57,512 nucleotides of DNA from an uncultured virus (IMG/VR IMGVR_UViG_3300043438_001049). Lineage: Duplodnaviria > Heunggongvirae > Uroviricota > Caudoviricetes. The position numbers and the translations under genes are program-made. Shown piece after piece: positions 44,875 to 53,924 of this stretch. A model generated the notes under the pieces. That model saw only the letters and a program-made list of their open reading frames with translations. It ran no database searches and was not told the DNA's origin. Numbering within the stretch: position 1 is the stretch's first letter; the number at the start of each line of letters is the position of its first letter. Location: the IMG/VR virus record IMGVR_UViG_3300043438_001049. The stretch is one strand, 5' to 3'.

Positions 44875-46239
44875 CTACTGAGAATCTCTGATAGTTAAGC
44901 CTTGGAAGGCACCCTTCTTATTATGAGAGATTAGATCTCCTGCAATAAAGAGTGAATAAGGATTTACAGTGATGTCATAAACATCTGTTGTTTCATCAAT
45001 ATATTCAACAACTTCAACAAGGGTATCAACTGCTTGATTATTGATATCGGATACTAGGTAGTCTCCAACTTTAACGACGCCAGCCTGTACGAATGCATAG
45101 ACTCCATCTCTCTTAACAAGCATCAAGTGCTCCATAGAGAATCGTTTTTCGTTGGTGCTATTGAATGCTACTGTAGTTGCAACATCTCTAGCCTTGATTG
45201 CTCCGATAACTGTTTCAACAACTGATGATCCAGTTAGAGTATCAGATACCCATGTCTCAGCAAAATCAACAGATGAGTTATCTGGTAATTCATTGAAACT
45301 GTAGGATACTAGACTTTGTCCAATAGCCAGGTCTCTTGCTTTAACATATCCACTAGTTGTTCTTACAAGAACATCACCTTGTACGCAGAATACTGGTGGG
45401 AAGAACGGACAGAATACTGGTGGGAAGAACGGACAAAAACGTGGTGGGAAGAACGGACAGAAACGTGGTGGGAAGAACGGACAGAATACTGGTGGGAAGA
45501 ACGGTGGGAAGAATGGGAAGAACGGACAAAAACGTGGTGGGAAGAACGGTGGGAAGAACGGTGGGAAGAATGGGAAGAACGGTGGGAAGAATGGTGGGAA
45601 GAATGGGAAGAACGGTGGGAAAAATGGAGGGAAGAAAGGAGGTGTTGTTGTAACGTTGTTAGAACTATTACCGTATAGTCCATCTCCATTAGCATTTATA
45701 GCAAGAACCTGATAACTCTGTGATGTATCTCCAGTTTCTGCTACAGTTGTTGACAAAACATTTCCTACAACATAAACTGGACCATCAGAAGACTTTACAC
45801 GATATCCAGTAATTGCAGATCCGCCAGTTGCAGGTGCTGTCCAAGATACTGTATCTAAGTTAACGGCTGTAGTTGCTGTTGGAGCATTTGGAGCAGCAGG
45901 AACTGTTGTTGCCAATACTCCTGCTGATGCAGAAGATGCTGCTGATGTTCCCGCAGCATTAGTTCCTGTTACTGTAAATGTGTAAGAAGTATTTGATGCA
46001 AGACCATCAACGGTAATTGGAGAGGCAGAAGAACTTCCTGTAAACCCTCCTGGAGAAGATGTTACTGTAAATGATGTTGCTGCTGGAGAATCTCCTGGTA
46101 ATGAAAAACTAACACTTATGGCACCATTGTTAAACGCACGTGAAGTTCCTACGTTTGTGCCTACAACAGATATGGGTGGTTTTGGCTCTAATGAGTCATT
46201 CTGTTGTAAAGATTTAGATCCTAGTTCTTTTTTTGCCAT
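44875..46239 (-). CDS. FN3-domain protein with PPFF-repeat tract and C-terminal Hint domain
   Basis: two FN3-like modules (GLASNTSYTFTVTGTNAAG; VSWTAPATGGSAITGY...YQVLAINANG); 86-aa Pro/Phe/Cys tract; CVQGDVLV...SMEH...VYDITV...FIAGDLISHN. Confidence 0.88.
   Translation of the reverse strand: MAKKELGSKSLQQNDSLEPKPPISVVGTNVGTSRAFNNGAISVSFSLPGDSPAATSFTVTSSPGGFTGSSSASPITVDGLASNTSYTFTVTGTNAAGTSAASSASAGVLATTVPAAPNAPTATTAVNLDTVSWTAPATGGSAITGYRVKSSDGPVYVVGNVLSTTVAETGDTSQSYQVLAINANGDGLYGNSSNNVTTTPPFFPPFFPPFFPFFPPFFPPFFPFFPPFFPPFFPPRFCPFFPFFPPFFPPVFCPFFPPRFCPFFPPRFCPFFPPVFCPFFPPVFCVQGDVLVRTTSGYVKARDLAIGQSLVSYSFNELPDNSSVDFAETWVSDTLTGSSVVETVIGAIKARDVATTVAFNSTNEKRFSMEHLMLVKRDGVYAFVQAGVVKVGDYLVSDINNQAVDTLVEVVEYIDETTDVYDITVNPYSLFIAGDLISHNKKGAFQGLTIRDSQ
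44920..45387 (-). other. Hint (intein-like/BIL-type) domain, copy 1, 156 aa
   Basis: block A Cys1 (45385-45387), block B SxxH, block F VYDITV, block G SHN (44920-44928); +1 residue is Lys; no endonuclease. Confidence 0.85.
45385..45642 (-). repeat. coding tandem repeat of 9/12/24-bp units (PFF, PPFF, PFFPP[V/R]FC)
   Basis: + strand units gaagaatgg, ggtgggaagaac, ggtgggaagaacggacagaatact. Confidence 0.95.
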
Positions 46240-46269
46240 TTTTTATTTCTCCAATTTTCTTTGTATTTT

Positions 46270-48966
46270 TTATGCTGTGAGATCTCCAACAACAACCCAA
46301 GAGTCTGTTGCTCTCTTCATTAATGTTGCTGATGACCACTGTGTACGAAGTTTTAATCCTGGAGTTGCATTAACTGTTACTCCTACTGCTCCAGCAATTG
46401 TTACTTGTCCCGCACCAGTTTGAAGGATATCAATTGATGATCCTATTGGAAAGGCTGTTGTTGCATTTGTTGGAATTGTAACTGTTACTCCAGTAGCAGA
46501 AGAAACTTCAATTAATGAATCTCTTTCATTAAGTGCTGCAAGTGTGTAGCCTGCTGTTTTTTGTATAATTGTTGTACGTGATGGAACGCCTTCTTTTGTT
46601 TGTGTTCCATCTGTGAATTGTACTCCGCCTGCTGGAACAGTTATTCCTACGCCAGTAAATATTGGGGAAGCAAGTGGTGCATATGTATTTGCTGCTGTTG
46701 ATGAAGCAAGTTTTAGGTCTAAAGCAGTTTGTGTAGCAGTTGAAACTGGCTTGTTAGCGTCGGAAGTATTTTCTACGTTTCCAAGACCAACCATTGTTGC
46801 TGAAATACCTGAAACTGTTCCACTAAATGCTGGGGAACTAAGTGGTGCATACCCTGAAATGCTTGCGCCTGTAGGAATTGTTACTTCTCCAGTAAATGTT
46901 GGTGAGGCTAGTGGTGCATACCCTGAAATGCTTGCGCCTGCAGGAATTGTTACTGATCCAGTAAATGTTGGTGCATGCAATGGTGCCTTATAACCAAGTA
47001 CTGTGTGTGTAGCAGTTGAAACTGGCTTATCTGCATCTGCTGTATTATCAACAGATCCTAGGCCTACCATTGACTTTGTTACACCAGACACAGTTCCTGT
47101 GAATGTTGGTGAAGCAATTGGTGCCTTAGCAGCAAGGTCAGATGTTAAACCTGAAATCTTAGACTGTGCAATTTCTGCTGATGTGTTAACATCTGCGTCT
47201 ACGATTGTTCCGTCAGCGATCATTGCTGAAGTAACTCCACCAGTTGCAACAGAGATTGTTCCTGGGGTTGCTTCTGTCAAACCAGAGCCTACAACAACTG
47301 CCTTAGCAGCATTAAACTCTGTGTAGGAAATGTTATCTGTTCCAATTACAATTGGATTTGCTGTTGAGTTGTTAATATATCCAACAGATCCGTTTGTTGT
47401 TCCTCTTTGAACAAATGTAAAGTCACCTGACTTCATTTCTCCAGTTGGGTTGTTATCTGCGTCTGTTGAGCGGGTAAGCACCCAAGGATCAGAGACTGAG
47501 CCCAATGTTGTCAATACATAGATACCGTTTTGCTTAGCGTCTGTCTGGTTCTTTACAAGAACTCTTTCGTTAAGGACAACGCTCTCACTATCAATTGTAG
47601 TCATAGCGCGGTTTGTGTCGGCTGTAAGAGTTGCCCCTACCCCAGATGTTCCGTTGCTATAAATAGTTGCTAAGTTTACAGTTGTTGCAGCGTGTACTGC
47701 TTCGTGGAAGTTAATTCCAGCAGCCACATTGTCAACATATAGTTTATTTGCTGCATGTAGGTCTGATGTTGGTGCACCTGATAGTGTAAGTGCTCCTGTC
47801 ATTGTTCCGCCAGCAAGGTTTAACTTAGCATCTAGTGCTGCTTGTGTAGCAGTTGAAACTGGCTTTGCTGAGTCAGCAGTATTATCTACGCTGCCAAGAC
47901 CTACCATAGACTTTGTTACACCTGCAACTGTTCCTGTAAAGGTTGGGTCAGCAAGAGGTGCTTTTAGATCAAGTGCTGCTTGTGCAGCAGTTGAAACTGG
48001 CTTGTTAACATCAGATGTGTTGTCTACGTTTCCAAGATCAACCATTGCCTTTGTAATACCAGAAACTGTACCTGTAAATGTAGGTGAAGCAAGTGGTGAC
48101 TTTAGATCAAGTGCTGTTTGAGTATCACTAGATATTGGCTTATTTGCATCAGAAGTATTATCTGCATCTGCAAGTCCAACCATATCTTTTGTAACTGCAC
48201 CAGTTGCAATTTTAGCATTTGTAACTGCTTGATCTGCAATTTTTGCAGTAGTTACTGCTTCTGCTCCAATTTTTCCTGCTGTAACTGCTGTATCGGCAAT
48301 GTCTGCTGTCACAATAGTTCCTTCAGCAATCATTCCACTTATAACTGTTCCTGATGGAAGATTTACTGTACCAATAAATGTTGGTGAATCAAGGTTTGCC
48401 TTAAAATCAAGGGCTGTTTGAGTTGCTGTTGAAACTGGCTTATTAGCATCTGTTGTATTGTTAACTGATCCTAAGCCAACATCTGACGCTGTTATTCCTA
48501 AAGGAGTTACAAAAGTTTTGTTAGTTAATGTTTGTGTTCCTGATAGTGTTGCAAGAACTAGCGTGTCTGTAATACCATGAACATTTGATGTATCTGTATT
48601 ATGGTTTGAAAGAATTGTTGTTGTTACTAAATCTGCGGTATTTGTAATACCATGGATATCAGTTGTGTCTGTAGCATGGTTTGTCAAGTTTGTTGCTATT
48701 GTTGTTAAGAATGCTGGGTTGTCTCCCATGGCTGCTGCTAATTCATTAAGTGTATCAAGAGTTGCTGGTAAATCAATTCCAGAAAGACCACCCAAGATTG
48801 ACTCTGCATCTGTAAAGTACTTGAGGGATGCCCATGCAGAAGAACCGTTACCTACTTTAAATTTAACTGTGTCGGTTTCAAAACCAATTTCTCCTGCTGC
48901 CAAAGTTGGGTTTGCAGCCGTCCATTGCGCTGCTGTTCCTCTGCGCTGTTGCATTCTTGTTGCCAT
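46270..48966 (-). CDS. tail fibre-like repeat protein
   Basis: N-terminal MQQRRGTAAQW...LAAGEIGFETDT module; LDTLNELAAA motif; six VGLG.VDNT.D..KPVSTA.Q.ALD.K repeats. Confidence 0.8.
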   Translation of the reverse strand: MATRMQQRRGTAAQWTAANPTLAAGEIGFETDTVKFKVGNGSSAWASLKYFTDAESILGGLSGIDLPATLDTLNELAAAMGDNPAFLTTIATNLTNHATDTTDIHGITNTADLVTTTILSNHNTDTSNVHGITDTLVLATLSGTQTLTNKTFVTPLGITASDVGLGSVNNTTDANKPVSTATQTALDFKANLDSPTFIGTVNLPSGTVISGMIAEGTIVTADIADTAVTAGKIGAEAVTTAKIADQAVTNAKIATGAVTKDMVGLADADNTSDANKPISSDTQTALDLKSPLASPTFTGTVSGITKAMVDLGNVDNTSDVNKPVSTAAQAALDLKAPLADPTFTGTVAGVTKSMVGLGSVDNTADSAKPVSTATQAALDAKLNLAGGTMTGALTLSGAPTSDLHAANKLYVDNVAAGINFHEAVHAATTVNLATIYSNGTSGVGATLTADTNRAMTTIDSESVVLNERVLVKNQTDAKQNGIYVLTTLGSVSDPWVLTRSTDADNNPTGEMKSGDFTFVQRGTTNGSVGYINNSTANPIVIGTDNISYTEFNAAKAVVVGSGLTEATPGTISVATGGVTSAMIADGTIVDADVNTSAEIAQSKISGLTSDLAAKAPIASPTFTGTVSGVTKSMVGLGSVDNTADADKPVSTATHTVLGYKAPLHAPTFTGSVTIPAGASISGYAPLASPTFTGEVTIPTGASISGYAPLSSPAFSGTVSGISATMVGLGNVENTSDANKPVSTATQTALDLKLASSTAANTYAPLASPIFTGVGITVPAGGVQFTDGTQTKEGVPSRTTIIQKTAGYTLAALNERDSLIEVSSATGVTVTIPTNATTAFPIGSSIDILQTGAGQVTIAGAVGVTVNATPGLKLRTQWSSATLMKRATDSWVVVGDLTA

Positions 48967-49025
48967 ATTTTATTTCTCCTTTATGGGGGCTGCCCATTAA
49001 CTTATCTTATTATAACACCCAATTT

Positions 49026-49475
49026 TTAATTGAAGTTATCTACTACACTACCGCCATCGAATACAACTGTCCACTCTGTTGAAGAGGGGCTGCCTGCATC
49101 CAAACCTACACCCAATGGGCTATTGAATGATCCACCTTCATAGAACTGGGATACTATGAAACCAGTTCCATCAATTGCGGTATCGTGAATATGTTGTGGT
49201 AAATTATTTGTATCATCAATAGTGGCCTGGGTATACCATGCTCCATCATAATAGAAATTAACTCTGTTTGTTGCAGTGTCTAACCACATTGTTCCATTAG
49301 TTGGTGAAGAGGGAGCAGTAGAGCCTACGGCCATTGAACGACTATCGACATACTCCTTGGTTGCTGCGTGGGCATTGATAGTAGGAGTTCCTACTGTTAC
49401 TGCGCCTCCGAATGTACCGCCGTTTGCTACGACTAATCCATTCTTGACCTTGAAGTCTTTATCGACTATTGCCAT
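49026..49475 (-). CDS. putative minor virion/fibre-associated protein
   Basis: HAATKEYVD and APSSPTNGTMWLDT fibre motifs; N-terminus shared with 49511-51577. Confidence 0.65.
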   Translation of the reverse strand: MAIVDKDFKVKNGLVVANGGTFGGAVTVGTPTINAHAATKEYVDSRSMAVGSTAPSSPTNGTMWLDTATNRVNFYYDGAWYTQATIDDTNNLPQHIHDTAIDGTGFIVSQFYEGGSFNSPLGVGLDAGSPSSTEWTVVFDGGSVVDNFN

Positions 49476-49510
49476 TTACTACTCCTTCTTCCAACTATTT
49501 TTATTTTTTA

Positions 49511-51577
49511 TTAAACTAGAAGTGTTCCCATAACAGTAACTGTTGAGTCATTGTTAGCGGTTGTTACCTGTAGTTGTACGTTTGCTCCTGAAATACCTGC
49601 TGAAATTGATGACGCTGAGCCATTTGTTCCAACAATTCCGTATTCAGTGATTGCAATGTTATCTGAAGAGTCAAGTGTCAAAAGGACCTTTGATATTTCA
49701 GTATGTGTTCCGTAGGCAACCTTTACAAGGTATTCTGCTGAACGGTAGTCAGCCTTTGCGAAGGCGTGTGCTACTTGAATTCCTGCTGTAGGTGCTGAAA
49801 GTGTTGCTGCAACCTGCTTAGCAACTGAGTTTAACTCAACTGCTGTGAAGTTTGGAACAACTGCTTCAAGAGCGTCTACTGCTCTTTGTGCTGTGAAGTA
49901 AAGGTTATTTGCTCCACCAGCACCAGTATTGTCTGTTCCTTCTGCAAGATCATTAGTATCAGAATCTGCTACACCGTTTTCTGCGGTAATAGTAAGTCCT
50001 GAACCTGTGCCTGAGATTGTAATATTTGTTAGTGTTGCACCAGTCAAAAGGGCTGCTGCTGAAGTCTTGGCACGAGCATCTGTAAAGTAAAGGTTTGTTG
50101 AGCCCTCTTCAATATCATCTGTGTCAATAAGATCAATCTGATCTTCAATTGTTCCACCAACAGCGTCAATTGCTCGCTGGTTTGTGAAGTAGAGGTTTGC
50201 TGAACCTTCTGCTACATCGTCTGTTATAAGGCTGTTTGCTACATCAGTTGCTGCTTGCTGTGCAATACTAATTTCTGTTGCTGTCTTATATGCTGACCAA
50301 ACCTCTGTTGAAAGGTTTGATGCATCATTGATCAAGTCATCTGCATAGTCCTTAGCATCTTGCTCTGCATCATCAGCATATGACTCATAAGCAGTTGTTA
50401 TTGCTGTCTCACGGCCATCTGTGTAAGAATTTGCATCAGATTCTGCTGTATTAGCATAACCCTGTGCTGTTGTAAGAGCAGTTGTAATTTCTCCATCTAC
50501 ATAACCCTTATTTGCTGCATCAGTTGAAGATGTTGGTGCTCCAAGGCTTGTAACCTTATTTGTTCCACCAAAGTCAAGGTTTCCGCTCATGCTGTCGCCA
50601 GCCTTTGCTACCTTTTCTCCAATTGATGTTGTAACTGTTGTAATAAAGTCTTCGTCATCACCAATTGCTTGGGCCAACTCATTAAGAGTGTCTAGCAGTT
50701 CTGGTGCTCCGTTAATTAAGTCTGCAACTGCTGTATCAACGTATGACTTTGTTGCTGCATCTTGGTTTGCTGAAGGATTTAGAAGACCAGATACCTTGTA
50801 ACCACCAGCAGCAAGATCGCTACCAAGTGTCTTATTAGAAAGTGTCTGTGTATCTGTTGTACCAACAACATTACCAGTTACTCCGTGTGCTGAAGTGTCT
50901 AATTCGTGTGTTGAAAGATCTCCTGCTACTGTACCAACAATTCCATCAGCATAAGACTTTGCATCAGCCTCTGCTGTGTCTGCGTATGATTCATAAGCAG
51001 TTGTAATTAATCCTTCACGAGTATCTGTGTAAGCCTTAGCATCTACTTCTGCTTGGTCAGCGTATGCTTCATAAGCAGTTGTAATTAATCCTTCACGAGT
51101 ATCTGTGTAAGCCTTAGCATCTACTTCTGCTTGGTCAGCGTATGCTTCATAAGCAGTTGTAATTAATACTTCACGAGCATCTGTGTAATCTTCAGCGTTT
51201 GATTGTGCTGTTGCTGCTGCTCCAACTGTATCCCAAAGACCAGTGTTAGCATCAATCGCTCTCTGGTTTGTAAAATACTTATTTGTTGCATTTTCTGCAA
51301 GGTCTGCAGTGTCATGGTTTGAAAGTGAAGAAACTGTTCCAGTTACGTTACCAATCAAGTCTGCTGTAATATCACCAGCAGCAAAATCTCCATTAGCATC
51401 ACGCTTTACAACTGTGTTTGCTGTGTTAGCAGATGTTGCTGTACCACCAATAAGATCAATAATATAATTTTGATCTGCTGTTTTCTTTGTAAGAACGTCA
51501 AAACCGTTAACTGTCGCTGTTGTACCTTCAACGATTAAACCACTCTTAATTTTAAAATCTTTATTTACTGTTGCCAT
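49511..51577 (-). CDS. fibre-like acidic virion protein with internal repeats
   Basis: ANTVVKRDANG, DAATKSYVD, LDTLNELAQA, repeated TDD..EG..NLYFT..RA motifs. Confidence 0.75.
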   Translation of the reverse strand: MATVNKDFKIKSGLIVEGTTATVNGFDVLTKKTADQNYIIDLIGGTATSANTANTVVKRDANGDFAAGDITADLIGNVTGTVSSLSNHDTADLAENATNKYFTNQRAIDANTGLWDTVGAAATAQSNAEDYTDAREVLITTAYEAYADQAEVDAKAYTDTREGLITTAYEAYADQAEVDAKAYTDTREGLITTAYESYADTAEADAKSYADGIVGTVAGDLSTHELDTSAHGVTGNVVGTTDTQTLSNKTLGSDLAAGGYKVSGLLNPSANQDAATKSYVDTAVADLINGAPELLDTLNELAQAIGDDEDFITTVTTSIGEKVAKAGDSMSGNLDFGGTNKVTSLGAPTSSTDAANKGYVDGEITTALTTAQGYANTAESDANSYTDGRETAITTAYESYADDAEQDAKDYADDLINDASNLSTEVWSAYKTATEISIAQQAATDVANSLITDDVAEGSANLYFTNQRAIDAVGGTIEDQIDLIDTDDIEEGSTNLYFTDARAKTSAAALLTGATLTNITISGTGSGLTITAENGVADSDTNDLAEGTDNTGAGGANNLYFTAQRAVDALEAVVPNFTAVELNSVAKQVAATLSAPTAGIQVAHAFAKADYRSAEYLVKVAYGTHTEISKVLLTLDSSDNIAITEYGIVGTNGSASSISAGISGANVQLQVTTANNDSTVTVMGTLLV
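50991..51188 (-). repeat. 78-bp coding tandem repeat, about 2.5 copies
   Basis: unit YTDTREGLITTAYEAYADQAEVDAKA; near-identical DNA starting at 50991, 51069, 51147. Confidence 0.9.
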
Positions 51578-51595
51578 TTTTTATATCTCCTTTTA

Positions 51596-52042
51596 TTACG
51601 CCTTAAGTCCAATTCGTGCGTAACGAACTGTGACTGGCTTGATCGCAGGATCTGGAGTGACTGTAATAGCCACGGTATTTCCAGTGCGAGAGACATCAAT
51701 GGTGCCAATATTCCCATCATTGTCGATAGTGCCGTACTCGCTGACTGATACATTTGTACCGTCAACAAGAATTGTTAATTCAGTTGCATAGAACTTATTG
51801 TCCCCTGCAGAGGTCTTTGATATTGAAATAATATACTTGACCATGCGCCAAACTGTAGCATCAAAGTTATCAATGACAGTTACATTTTCAATGCCGTTGA
51901 CTTCATTTTCGTTGTTACCCTTTGATCCCAAATCTGTTGCTTGGGCTGAAGCGGTATCAATTAAGTCTACGTAATTTTCTTGAGTTGGTCTATCACCTGT
52001 TTGGAATAAACCTTTTACATCTGAAATTGATATTTTAGCCAT
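51596..52042 (-). CDS. putative virion protein
   Basis: FQTGDRPTQENYVDLIDT N-terminal motif; C-terminal domain resembles that of 49511-51577; leaderless layout. Confidence 0.65.
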   Translation of the reverse strand: MAKISISDVKGLFQTGDRPTQENYVDLIDTASAQATDLGSKGNNENEVNGIENVTVIDNFDATVWRMVKYIISISKTSAGDNKFYATELTILVDGTNVSVSEYGTIDNDGNIGTIDVSRTGNTVAITVTPDPAIKPVTVRYARIGLKA

Positions 52043-52074
52043 GTGGTAATTATATCACCCTTTTAATTATCTAA

Positions 52075-52299
52075 TTAGAGAATATAGTTGCTGTAGCCAA
52101 TAACCTGTAGTGGGATTGCTGGAGTATTACCTAAACCAATAGCCACAATCTGAATGGCTGAAAACTTAACTCTAAAAGGAAGTATATCTGTAATCAAAGT
52201 GTTTCTTGTAAAGTCTTCTACCTGAATTAATGGATAGTCAATAGGAAAAATTTGTTTTGTTTTGCCGTTAAGTTTATCAAGTATTAATGCTGTGGCCAT
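52075..52299 (-). CDS. small hypothetical protein
   Basis: 74-aa ORF with 1-nt overlap to upstream stop. Confidence 0.65.
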   Translation of the reverse strand: MATALILDKLNGKTKQIFPIDYPLIQVEDFTRNTLITDILPFRVKFSAIQIVAIGLGNTPAIPLQVIGYSNYIL

Positions 52300-52709
52300 T
52301 AATCTGTTACATCTTCAAGAATTTTTAGGCTACCCTGAGCAACCGTCCAAACTCTTGTAGGGTCTGACACTTGAATGTCAAAGATGTCTCCTGTTTGAAG
52401 TTGTACTGACTCTGCTGCTGTTAGCCAAACTGTAAACTCTCCAACTAGGTCATCTTCATCTGCAACTGGATATAAATTTAAAACTAGTGTCGCAGCATCT
52501 GTAATAATTCCAGGGGTTGAAGTAGGTCTTTTAATCTTCATAGCAATATCCCATTCAGATCCCGCGCCTTTTAGGATCAAAGGAACTTTAGCATCATCTG
52601 TTACATAAACCTTAAACCCAGAAGTATCTCCACGAACTACAGTCCAAATAACTGTTGGCGGTGCATTGCCAATATCGTATGATGTTTGAGATCCTCTTAA
52701 AGTTGCCAT
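52299..52709 (-). CDS. putative virion protein (beta-sandwich)
   Basis: VVRGDT...FDIQVS...WTVAQG.L....DVT pattern; TGATATAAT 5 nt upstream. Confidence 0.6.
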   Translation of the reverse strand: MATLRGSQTSYDIGNAPPTVIWTVVRGDTSGFKVYVTDDAKVPLILKGAGSEWDIAMKIKRPTSTPGIITDAATLVLNLYPVADEDDLVGEFTVWLTAAESVQLQTGDIFDIQVSDPTRVWTVAQGSLKILEDVTD

Positions 52710-52720
52710 AGTTTATTATA

Positions 52721-53257
52721 TCACGACAGGCCGTCTTTGAGAGCGCCCCAAGTGCCGTTTCCTTTTGTTTGAACTATTAACATACCGCTAACTGACTGAA
52801 TGGCAACAACGGCTACATATCTTGCTGGTCCTGTACTTGGACGGGTTGAAACAAGTGTTCCACTTTCATCAACATAAACCCTTGTGCCAGGAAGACCAAG
52901 ACCTGTTGTATTCATTTCTAAAACACCAGAAACAATTACAAGCCCATTTGTATTATTTGCAATACTGCTTTTTACTAACCCTAATATTGGAATATCTGGA
53001 TTGTGAGATACACTTGATGGATTATATTTTTCTATTAATGATTTTCCACTAAGACTTCCGCTAATAAAAACTGGTGTACCAGTATCAATTGCTGCTCCTG
53101 TAGTATTTCTAGCATCAAGATATGCTGCGCCATAGCCTAGTGGAGGCAAAATATCATTTAAAGCATCAACTAATACTTTAAAGTCTCCGTGTACGTTCAC
53201 GGGATCAGAAGCAATAGGATATTTCATAGTAGGATAATTAGATGATGATTGCGCCAT
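52721..53257 (-). CDS. putative virion/capsid decoration-like protein
   Basis: 178 aa; GTPVFISG...GLV....NGLVIVSGVL...PGTRVYV..SGTL pattern; TGGTATAAT 7 nt upstream. Confidence 0.55.
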   Translation of the reverse strand: MAQSSSNYPTMKYPIASDPVNVHGDFKVLVDALNDILPPLGYGAAYLDARNTTGAAIDTGTPVFISGSLSGKSLIEKYNPSSVSHNPDIPILGLVKSSIANNTNGLVIVSGVLEMNTTGLGLPGTRVYVDESGTLVSTRPSTGPARYVAVVAIQSVSGMLIVQTKGNGTWGALKDGLS

Positions 53258-53283
53258 AATTTCTATTATACCACCCTCTAAAG

Positions 53284-53313
53284 TTGACTTTTGACAAATT
53301 TTTATGTTATACT
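53284..53313 (+). promoter_or_regulatory. sigma70-type promoter for the lytic transglycosylase gene
   Basis: TTGACT (53284-53289), 18-nt spacer, TG-T-TATACT (53305-53313); back-to-back with - strand TGGTATAAT at 53265-53273. Confidence 0.7.
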
Positions 53314-53360
53314 AGTAAGTAACACCTACCAAGGTGTTGTTGTTTTCTAAGGAGGAAACT

Positions 53361-53924
53361 ATGATTAAATTTATCGAAAGAAACAAAGAGATCATTAGCA
53401 CACTCAGTATCGTAGCACTAGTAACAGTTATGTCTAATTCTGCTAATGCTATTTCAGATTTTGATACTAAGAATAACCTTAGCCTGAAACAGGCTCAGAC
53501 ATCGGAAACCACCTCGAAAGAGGTTTTTTTGGTTTCTAAAGCAAAAAAGTTAGAGAGTTTTGAAAATAAGGTTTCTCTAACAGATTTAGAACTAAAGGAA
53601 CTGCTTTCCCTAGTTGGCTTCAAGGGTAAAGACCTTGTTGTGGCTTGGGCAGTAGCAAAGAAAGAATCTAATGGACGACCATTGGCCTTTAATGGCAATC
53701 ACAAGACTGGGGATTCGTCTTATGGTATGTTCCAAATTAATATGATTGATACACTTGGTCCTGATCGTAGGGACAAGTTTGATCTTGACTCTAACGCTGA
53801 ATTATTTAATCCCGTCAAGAATGCTGAAATTGCATACTACATGACAAAGGGTGGGGACGACTGGTCTTCTTGGAAAGGCATCACTCCAAAGACTAAGGAA
53901 TGGATGGCTAAGTTTCCTCGCTAA
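53361..53924 (+). CDS. secreted lytic transglycosylase (SLT/lysozyme-like); start reassigned to ATG 53361
   Basis: AAGGAGG SD; N-terminal hydrophobic helix ending SNSANA; catalytic KESNG, YGMFQIN, NPVKNA, WSSW. Confidence 0.82.
   Translation: MIKFIERNKEIISTLSIVALVTVMSNSANAISDFDTKNNLSLKQAQTSETTSKEVFLVSKAKKLESFENKVSLTDLELKELLSLVGFKGKDLVVAWAVAKKESNGRPLAFNGNHKTGDSSYGMFQINMIDTLGPDRRDKFDLDSNAELFNPVKNAEIAYYMTKGGDDWSSWKGITPKTKEWMAKFPR

Noticed and set aside
44920..45387. Classical mobile intein
   Set aside because: No homing endonuclease, +1 residue is Lys, the C-extein would be only 14 aa, and the host is not a conserved enzyme
45385..45642. Possible CRISPR array
   Set aside because: Units are 9-24 bp, directly tandem, in-frame and lack unique spacers; no cas genes
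45316..45695. W/E/R-, VGRT- and SSHR-rich ORFs over the PPFF repeat (also 56583-57107, 56630-56911, 56683-56907)
   Set aside because: Antisense or alternate-frame shadows of a stop-poor tandem repeat; the PPFF frame is continuous with recognisable FN3 and Hint domains
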